Part shown: one piece after another, positions 57,562 to 64,000 of the stretch | Layout of the letters: each line of letters opens with the position of its first letter | How positions within the stretch are numbered: position 1 is the first letter of the stretch | Origin: a virus | Taxonomy: Duplodnaviria > Caudoviricetes | Length of the DNA stretch: 64,000 nt | IMG/VR virus record: IMGVR_UViG_3300032135_000005 | Coordinates: 29,764 to 93,763 of that record | Direction: 5' to 3' (one strand) | Made by a program: the position numbers and the translations under genes | Notes under the pieces: model-generated | Databases searched by the model: none | What the model saw: the letters and a program-made list of their open reading frames with translations, nothing else | What the model was told of the DNA's origin: nothing

Positions 57562-57837
57562 ATGGACAAAAAAAGTACTGATGGTTCTAAAAAAGAACTA
57601 ACAAAAGAAGAATTTGCAAAACAGTCTCTTGATAACAACAAAGACAAAGAACCTCAATCTAAGGTAGCTGAAAAGCCTATTGCAGAGCAACCTAAGCCAG
57701 AATCATTTAATGTTTCTCTGGAAGGAGTTGATGAGCTAGTGAAAGCTATTAATGAAACAGTTTCTAGCAAGTACGTTAAACAAGTAATATTTACTGTGAT
57801 TAACGAGAATTTTAAACCTATTTTTCCTGAGAAGTAA
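57562..57837 (+). CDS. Hypothetical charged protein
   Basis: ATG at 57562 downstream of TATTTTTG box. Confidence 0.6.
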   Translation: MDKKSTDGSKKELTKEEFAKQSLDNNKDKEPQSKVAEKPIAEQPKPESFNVSLEGVDELVKAINETVSSKYVKQVIFTVINENFKPIFPEK

Positions 57838-57854
57838 GTGAGCTTACCCGACTT

Positions 57855-57890
57855 AAAAGCCCTGCAGTTTAATAAATTGTAGGGTTTTTT
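57855..57890. terminator. Bidirectional terminator at convergence of arms
   Basis: AAAAGCCCTGCAGTTT/AAATTGTAGGGTTTTT. Confidence 0.8.
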
Positions 57891-59034
57891 AATTACAAGG
57901 AGAATCTATCCAACAATTAGCACCCATCCAACCACTTGGAGCTTGATTAATAGCTATGATAAGGTCATTGCTATCTAAAGTAATAGCTTTAGTTACAGTG
58001 AATACGTCAGTTCCATCTAGTGTATACGCAAAAGTTAGCCACCAATACTTACCGGCTCCCGGCGATACTGTTAGTAAATCATCAGCATAAAGTTGAGCTC
58101 CAGTCTGAAGTGTATCAGCTGAATTCATAAATAGTAATTGTGCTGTAGAACTTCCTAGTATAGTGGTTCTATCAATCTCATTACAAGTATCAATAAAACA
58201 ACTAGGTGAAGTTAATCCAAGAATCCTACGGGCTTCTCCTAAATGAGTAGCACCTGGAGTTGGGTCGGTTGAATACTCGGCCAGTGTAAGTGGAATTGTT
58301 TGGTTTATGATAGAACCTTCATTAATTGGTGCAGTAGTATGTGAATATGCTACATCAATAGTTAGATTTGGATCACTCAGTCCTTCTGTGCTGACACTTA
58401 AGTACATTTCACTACTAAGTATGCCAATCCATACATTTGCGTCCAGCTCAGGGTCTAATTGAGGTTCTCTATAATGTGTAATAATTACTGAACCTGCATC
58501 TATTTTAGTTTCATACGTAATAGTCTCTGCTGTATTTACATTAGTGAAGGATAGTAATCCATAAACAGCGTATGGTAATTGATACGTTAGAACTAAGTTT
58601 AGATCAATGATAACGCTCCTTTCAGTTAGTTCAATGTTTCCATTTACTAAGTAAGCTTGAGACGAGAATTTATAAAGTATACTTGATGTTAAGGTTTGTT
58701 GTAATGGGGTAGGATACCCGCGATAATCTATAGTACTAATTGGTTCTTGATTATAAGCCTCCCCATTATAACCATATAACATATCTTTAAAAATGTAAGG
58801 ACTTAAACCTACAAAATCTAATTTCAAATCATCTGCATCGTCTTGATTTTCTGCTGCAAATATACCTCCATTGAACGTCCAAGTGGATACTACAGCTTTG
58901 TTGATACAGCCATCCTCCCAAGAAGAGGTACTAAATAATGCAAATGGTGCTCCCGAGAGTCCAGTATCATTAACTGGAACTCGAGAACCTCCGTGTAGAG
59001 CATTCCATTCAAAATTATCTGAATTGTTTGCCAT
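57889..59034 (-). CDS. Putative structural protein
   Basis: 381 aa, beta-rich, last gene of the lysis/tail-fibre operon. Confidence 0.55.
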   Translation of the reverse strand: MANNSDNFEWNALHGGSRVPVNDTGLSGAPFALFSTSSWEDGCINKAVVSTWTFNGGIFAAENQDDADDLKLDFVGLSPYIFKDMLYGYNGEAYNQEPISTIDYRGYPTPLQQTLTSSILYKFSSQAYLVNGNIELTERSVIIDLNLVLTYQLPYAVYGLLSFTNVNTAETITYETKIDAGSVIITHYREPQLDPELDANVWIGILSSEMYLSVSTEGLSDPNLTIDVAYSHTTAPINEGSIINQTIPLTLAEYSTDPTPGATHLGEARRILGLTSPSCFIDTCNEIDRTTILGSSTAQLLFMNSADTLQTGAQLYADDLLTVSPGAGKYWWLTFAYTLDGTDVFTVTKAITLDSNDLIIAINQAPSGWMGANCWIDSPCN

Positions 59035-59054
59035 TAGTTTCTATTGTTAAGTGT

Positions 59055-59306
59055 TCAGCCATTTGGATTTCCAGATGACACCGATGAGTAAGTAGTTAAG
59101 GATAATAAAGCAGCTATAAGACCTGCTTCTATACCTAAAAGTAAAGCAGCATCAGAGTAAGAAGCGCCCACTTCCCATGCGTATACAGCATAATGCAAAT
59201 TAGCAACTAAATCAACTGAAAATACTAATGCTAGTACTCTACGTATTGAAATTTGTTTATCGTGACCTAACCACATTGGTTCTATATATCTAAAGAATTT
59301 TTTCAT
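59055..59306 (-). CDS. Holin-like two-TM protein
   Basis: SIRRVLALVF and LLLGIEAGLIAALLSL segments; in lysis cluster. Confidence 0.55.
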   Translation of the reverse strand: MKKFFRYIEPMWLGHDKQISIRRVLALVFSVDLVANLHYAVYAWEVGASYSDAALLLGIEAGLIAALLSLTTYSSVSSGNPNG

Positions 59307-59905
59307 AATTTAATTTTCCAGTAAAGTTGTACACCATAATTCATATGTCCATCAAAGTCTGGGCCTGCATACACTCCATATATTTGGTCTCTTTTGGTCT
59401 TTAATAAGAACCCACCGTGTACTTGATCAATTAAGCTGTTTTTATTTCCTTGCAAATGTATTCCTCCATACACTTGTGTTCTATTAGAATAAGTATTAAT
59501 AGTTTTTGTTATAACAGGATAGTCTAATTTATAAGATAATTGTCTGTTTAATATTTCATTCTTATAAACTATTTCATCCACCTGTACATATCCAATACTA
59601 TCAACTTGTATTTTATCTAGATATGAGTTCTTGGTTAAGAACTTATCAGCAAGATCATCATATTGTTTCTTTAATATGTCATAGTTTGGATTAGCGACAT
59701 ACTCAGTATCTTTTACTATTGTGGGTTCAGAATGAATTATTTCAGGTTCAGAGTAAATAAGACTGTCATGAGGTACCCAAACAGTATCAATTTCTATTAC
59801 AATTTCTGGAGGTGTAGGAGGTCTTCTATTACATCTTTGAAAAAATATAATAGCTAATAGTACTACTATTAATAAAGGCAAAAAGTAAGTTTTTATGAAT
59901 CCCAT
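59303..59905 (-). CDS. Spanin-like protein
   Basis: N-terminal TM then QRC; Pro-rich linker; C-terminal amphipathic beta-strands. Confidence 0.5.
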   Translation of the reverse strand: MGFIKTYFLPLLIVVLLAIIFFQRCNRRPPTPPEIVIEIDTVWVPHDSLIYSEPEIIHSEPTIVKDTEYVANPNYDILKKQYDDLADKFLTKNSYLDKIQVDSIGYVQVDEIVYKNEILNRQLSYKLDYPVITKTINTYSNRTQVYGGIHLQGNKNSLIDQVHGGFLLKTKRDQIYGVYAGPDFDGHMNYGVQLYWKIKL

Positions 59906-60327
59906 TATCTTTTGTATTTATTTTTATTACTATTTCTTTTTGTGTTTACTTTATTCTCGCAAGTAATATCACAAGTATTTAGTTTTTCTATTAGAAATTT
60001 ATTCTCTTTATCTAATGCTTTAACCTTAGCTCTATACGAGTCAATTTCATTCATTGCTTTAAATAACTCCTTCTTTAGAACTTTATACGCTTTGTTTGCC
60101 TTGTCTAAACTTGCCTGTGTTTCATCTAGCTGAGTTCTTACTGTAGCTAACATCTTTTGAGATAGATTAAAACTACCTGATAAACTATCTATATCTATGT
60201 TAAAAGTCATACTCTTATCATAAAGATGTTTATCTAATCTAGTTTGTCTTCCTGTGAAATACGCTATTATTCCTCCAGCTAGTAACAAAATTTGTGACCA
60301 GTTCTCCTTTAAAAATTCTGTTATCAT
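59905..60327 (-). CDS. TM plus coiled-coil lysis protein (holin/antiholin/spanin-like)
   Basis: WSQILLLAGGIIAYF then long coiled coil; next to endolysin. Confidence 0.5.
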   Translation of the reverse strand: MITEFLKENWSQILLLAGGIIAYFTGRQTRLDKHLYDKSMTFNIDIDSLSGSFNLSQKMLATVRTQLDETQASLDKANKAYKVLKKELFKAMNEIDSYRAKVKALDKENKFLIEKLNTCDITCENKVNTKRNSNKNKYKR

Positions 60328-60391
60328 AATTATTTACATTTATTTCCTCGACGTAAAATTACTACAATTATTTTAAACTAACTAAAAATGT

Positions 60392-60868
60392 CTACACATT
60401 AAAGAAATAGATCTTAGGGTTCTCCGGATAATCACACGTATCAATATGTAACCAAGTAATAGGAACTCCATCTTTAAGATGTTCTAATCTAATCTTACAA
60501 GGAAATATATCTTGATGTAATATAATCCATTTTCTTGCAAATTCAGCATCCATATCAGTAATTGTAATATCAAAAGCTTTACCAAGTACATGTCCAGATA
60601 AATACATTTTTTTCTCCAGAGTAGCTCCATAAAATATAAACTGAATGTTGTCTCTAAATCCACGTTCATCAAAAGAACTATTCTTGTGCCAATTATTAAT
60701 TAGAAACGGTTTACCTATTCCTTCTCTTAGTAATAGTAAACTATGGAGAGCGCTTGTATCAAATACAAACCAAGATTGATTCTTATGTTTATTGTACACA
60801 TTTAGACCTACGAGTTCTTGTATCTTAAAGTACTTCTTTAAATTCTGTATTATTTCTTTTCTTTCCAT
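60392..60868 (-). CDS. Endolysin, peptidase M15 family
   Basis: RGFR...SGHVLGKAFD...WLHID zinc-binding motifs. Confidence 0.85.
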   Translation of the reverse strand: MERKEIIQNLKKYFKIQELVGLNVYNKHKNQSWFVFDTSALHSLLLLREGIGKPFLINNWHKNSSFDERGFRDNIQFIFYGATLEKKMYLSGHVLGKAFDITITDMDAEFARKWIILHQDIFPCKIRLEHLKDGVPITWLHIDTCDYPENPKIYFFNV

Positions 60869-60883
60869 GATTTTAAATTATTA

Positions 60884-61477
60884 TTATGGATAAACTCTTA
60901 TTTCTACTGCTGTTCTTACTAATAAATCATCTGCCTCCACAAACGACCTATTAAAACTTACTAATTGTACCACATCAGGAGATAACCCACTATTTGCTGT
61001 CACTTGTATAGCACCAGACCTTGTATCAAGATAAGTTTGATTTACAAGCATTACAGTTTTATCTTGTGTAAATTCTCCAGCTAAAGTACATCTATATATA
61101 CCTGTTGATAACCTTGTCCAAGCAGGTGTGCCACTTAATGTACTCTCTAGTACTATTACAGTTGGAGCATCTGTTCCTAGTTGTGTAACTAGAGCTACAT
61201 ATACTTTATAAGGTAAGGTAATACTTGAGGGCGTTTCCCAAGTAAGGCCAGTACTTGCTGCATTATTTACAGTTAATACTTGACCACTTGCACCAAGACT
61301 AAGCAAAGACGGTATTGTACTGTAAGTAATCAATTGACCCTTTGTTATTGGTGTTGGTACATCTGATGAGACAGGTTTCCAAATAGCATTACCATCTACA
61401 TCTACTGCTGTTAATACATAATCAACAACAGCTCCCTCTTTTATCTGTATCTTATCTGTAATATATTTCTTACTCAT
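60884..61477 (-). CDS. Tail fibre-associated protein
   Basis: GQVLTV...GLTWE fibre repeat; YKVYVALVTQ.GT.APT...EIRVYP C-terminal domain. Confidence 0.65.
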   Translation of the reverse strand: MSKKYITDKIQIKEGAVVDYVLTAVDVDGNAIWKPVSSDVPTPITKGQLITYSTIPSLLSLGASGQVLTVNNAASTGLTWETPSSITLPYKVYVALVTQLGTDAPTVIVLESTLSGTPAWTRLSTGIYRCTLAGEFTQDKTVMLVNQTYLDTRSGAIQVTANSGLSPDVVQLVSFNRSFVEADDLLVRTAVEIRVYP

Positions 61478-61483
61478 AATTGT

Positions 61484-63112
61484 TTATTTTACTCCGTTTG
61501 AAATTGCCATATGCTCTTCTGCTGATAAGGCTCTTTTGTATAGTTTTACGTTTGATTCTTTTCCTGAAAATATTCCAGTTGAAGCACCAAGAACTCCAAT
61601 TTTAAAAGGATATGATATATTAGAAAATATAGAGAATCCTGTACCTATATTTGTTTTTGTTGTTATTACCTCTATTCCATTTATATAAATTATCCCCACC
61701 CCATTTAAGTAAGTAAATCCAATAGTATAATCTGTGTTTATAAATATGGCTTCAGTTAGAGATGCGAACGTAGAATAATTTGAGGAAACTCCATAATCAA
61801 ATAATTGAATTGATATTTTATTAGAGCTTATGTATACAAGATACTCTTTATTACTACCGCCTGAATCTGATTTAGATAATGGTACTGAAATAGAGCTTAA
61901 ATCATTAAAATTAACATCAAACACCATACTAAAAGCGTCATTAGGTAAAGTATATCTATCCACATCTGCAAAACTTATATTTGAAGTTGTACCATTAAAA
62001 TAAGAACTTCCTAAATTACTTGCCACAGGTTTTAAAAATGTAGCACCACTTACCGTTGCTGTTAAACTATTTGTTTTATCTTCCCAAGTAGTTGATGACA
62101 TTCCCTCTGCGTTTAGGTCTAAGATGCAACCTGCTTGAACTACTGACACATCATCAATATCTGCTACAAATCCTGTTCCTGTATAAAATGCAAAATCACC
62201 ATTAGCATTTGCAAGAGGTGTTAAATATAGTGTCCTTGCCCCATCTGATGAATATTGTGTTCCCCACGCAGCCCCCCTTGCTGCTACTCTAATATACCCA
62301 CTTGAATAATTACTAATAGTAAATTTTACTATTAATGGATGAAGGGTTGTTATTTTGTTAGTTTCTTTTAATATATCACCACCACCAGAGAAATTAGAAT
62401 GAGCAACATTATCTGCAATTGTAACTCCTGTATTTTTAATCCAATCACTATCTGTTGTGAATGTTCCGTTTGCAATTAGTTCTCCACTTGTCGTTATTCT
62501 ATCCACCCATTCAATAGGATATTCAGGCTTTGAATAGTTTGCTACTTGTAAACTCGTAAGGTTGTAATTGAAAACCCTTAGCATTGAGATTGAGCCTTCT
62601 GGTAAATATCCTGTTTCCCCTGTTTTATTAATAGCAACAGTATAATCATAATTATCTATAACCGTAGTTGTGTCAGCTACTCCATTTATATAAAATGTTC
62701 CTATTGTACCGTTACGAGAATATCCTATTGTACAATCTGTATTAAGAGGCACTACTACTATTGATGTGTTATATCCTATGCCTTGCTTACCTGCTCTTAT
62801 ATTGCCTGTGGGCGTTATATAAATGCTAAAACTATTATTACCCCCATCTAATAAAGTTTTATTATATGATTTTAAATTAACTTTCATCACCACACTAAAA
62901 TCCCCTGTTCCAAACGCTGGAATTGATGGTAAATTAACATAATCATTAACCCCATCAAATGAATATTCTCTCCTACCATTTCCTGATTTGTCAAGTACTG
63001 GATAGACATCTGTATTTACGCCAATAGCGTTGCTTATTTTATCTCTTGTCCCGTTCCATTCATCTAAAGCGCAATCAAATATTAATCCTTTATTTAAACT
63101 TGAATTTATCAT
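61484..63112 (-). CDS. LamG/concanavalin-like domain tail protein
   Basis: Two LamG-like units (YSFDGVNDYV...FYING...RVFNYNLT; YFNGT...IYING...KLYKRALS). Confidence 0.75.
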   Translation of the reverse strand: MINSSLNKGLIFDCALDEWNGTRDKISNAIGVNTDVYPVLDKSGNGRREYSFDGVNDYVNLPSIPAFGTGDFSVVMKVNLKSYNKTLLDGGNNSFSIYITPTGNIRAGKQGIGYNTSIVVVPLNTDCTIGYSRNGTIGTFYINGVADTTTVIDNYDYTVAINKTGETGYLPEGSISMLRVFNYNLTSLQVANYSKPEYPIEWVDRITTSGELIANGTFTTDSDWIKNTGVTIADNVAHSNFSGGGDILKETNKITTLHPLIVKFTISNYSSGYIRVAARGAAWGTQYSSDGARTLYLTPLANANGDFAFYTGTGFVADIDDVSVVQAGCILDLNAEGMSSTTWEDKTNSLTATVSGATFLKPVASNLGSSYFNGTTSNISFADVDRYTLPNDAFSMVFDVNFNDLSSISVPLSKSDSGGSNKEYLVYISSNKISIQLFDYGVSSNYSTFASLTEAIFINTDYTIGFTYLNGVGIIYINGIEVITTKTNIGTGFSIFSNISYPFKIGVLGASTGIFSGKESNVKLYKRALSAEEHMAISNGVK

Positions 63113-63142
63113 AATTTTTCTTTTTTATTTAATTTTTTTTAT

Positions 63143-64000
63143 TTAAAATATATTACTTACTATATTGACCCATCCGTAAACTCCACTTGATGTTGCCATA
63201 ACCATATCAGTATAACTTCCTAATCCATCTTCTCGGTATCTTAAAGCACCTCTATTATCTACTGTTGCACCTGTTGTATCATCACCAACTGTTACACTTC
63301 CGTTTGCTTTTACATTGGTTACTGAAACTCCACCACTACCATCTGCTATACCAGATACTTCTAAAACTCTTGTATTTCCAATAGTAATACCTACACCAAG
63401 AACATCACCACTTACTGCATCTGATGTTACTGGTATATCAACTATATCCATCAATTCTTGATTAGCTACGTGGTATAAAGAACCTATAGCAACTGTGTTA
63501 CCAAATTCTATTAAATTATCTTTAGAGATTTTTAGTAAGTTAGATATATCATTAGCATAGTTCAATCCTTGTAGCCAAGATGTGTTATTAACTCCTAATA
63601 TTATATTTCCATCTACTCTACTACTGCCGTCAATCCAAGAATCTGCTACTTGAGCTATTGCTATTTGGTTCTGAATGTAGTTAGCCGAACCACTTGTAGG
63701 TGCATAGTCTAATCCTGCTAGAGTTTGGTCACCTGTGTTAGTTCCACTTACAGCATTTAAAGCTGTTATATTAGAGTGTATCTGAGCTGAATAATCTGTT
63801 TCTGCTATAAAGTTAGCTAATCTATAATCATTAGCATACAATGAATTGGCTGCATTATTATTTGAATTATCTGTACCTACTGCATCAAAGTCAGTTGTTA
63901 CAACTGGTATATATGGTGTTCCACTTACTTCTCCGTAAGCTACTTGTTTAGAACTAAATACACCTGTAGCTGAATTATAAGCTGTGAAATATTCCTTAGT
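63143..64000 (-). CDS. Tail fibre protein, C-terminal part (start outside window)
   Basis: Frame open to window end; SGTNTGDQ fibre motif; GALRYRED. Confidence 0.65.
   Translation of the reverse strand, partial: TKEYFTAYNSATGVFSSKQVAYGEVSGTPYIPVVTTDFDAVGTDNSNNNAANSLYANDYRLANFIAETDYSAQIHSNITALNAVSGTNTGDQTLAGLDYAPTSGSANYIQNQIAIAQVADSWIDGSSRVDGNIILGVNNTSWLQGLNYANDISNLLKISKDNLIEFGNTVAIGSLYHVANQELMDIVDIPVTSDAVSGDVLGVGITIGNTRVLEVSGIADGSGGVSVTNVKANGSVTVGDDTTGATVDNRGALRYREDGLGSYTDMVMATSSGVYGWVNIVSNIF

Noticed and set aside
57441-57647. 68-aa minus-strand ORF and the 57149-57358 ORF
   Set aside because: Antisense to real genes and running across promoter boxes; GTG/TTG-type or shadow frames.
1-64000. 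Stop-codon reassignment (TAG=Gln or TGA=Trp), known in some crAss-like phages
   Set aside because: Long genes are intact in the standard code; TAG ends terL and several structural genes and TGA ends the portal gene; no suppressor tRNA seen.
60884-64000. Diversity-generating retroelement or invertible tail-fibre cassette
   Set aside because: No reverse transcriptase, recombinase or template/variable repeat pair seen in the window.

Overview
A 64-kb fragment of a crAss-like (Crassvirales) phage genome that probably infects a Bacteroidota host: AT-rich, TAnnTTTG-type promoters, standard genetic code. Left arm (1-25.9 kb, minus strand): ejection/cargo protein with a lytic transglycosylase domain, tail muzzle and ring proteins, IHF-like proteins, auxiliary and major capsid proteins, scaffold, portal, and a terminase large subunit interrupted by an unusual Asp-start class-3 intein, preceded by small genes that include a likely anti-defence (nucleotide-signal sponge) pair. 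Transcription switches strand at about 26 kb. The first ~6 kb on the + strand (26.5-32.4 kb) is gene-poor and packed with separate, helix-closed, multi-hairpin blocks that look like an array of different structured non-coding RNAs; this is the best candidate for an undescribed system. Next come an 804-aa tandem SH3/KOW-like repeat protein, small early genes and a replication module (PolA, SF2 helicase, DnaB, AAA ATPase, SSB-like protein, primase, rIIA/rIIB, 5'-3' exonuclease, ligase). At 57.0 and 57.4 kb two promoter-to-terminator units encode apparent ~70-nt small RNAs that read like antisense copies of translation-initiation regions. The right end (57.9-64 kb, minus strand) carries a lysis cassette and tail-fibre genes. 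All assignments come from motifs, synteny and by-eye base pairing; no searches or folding programs were run.
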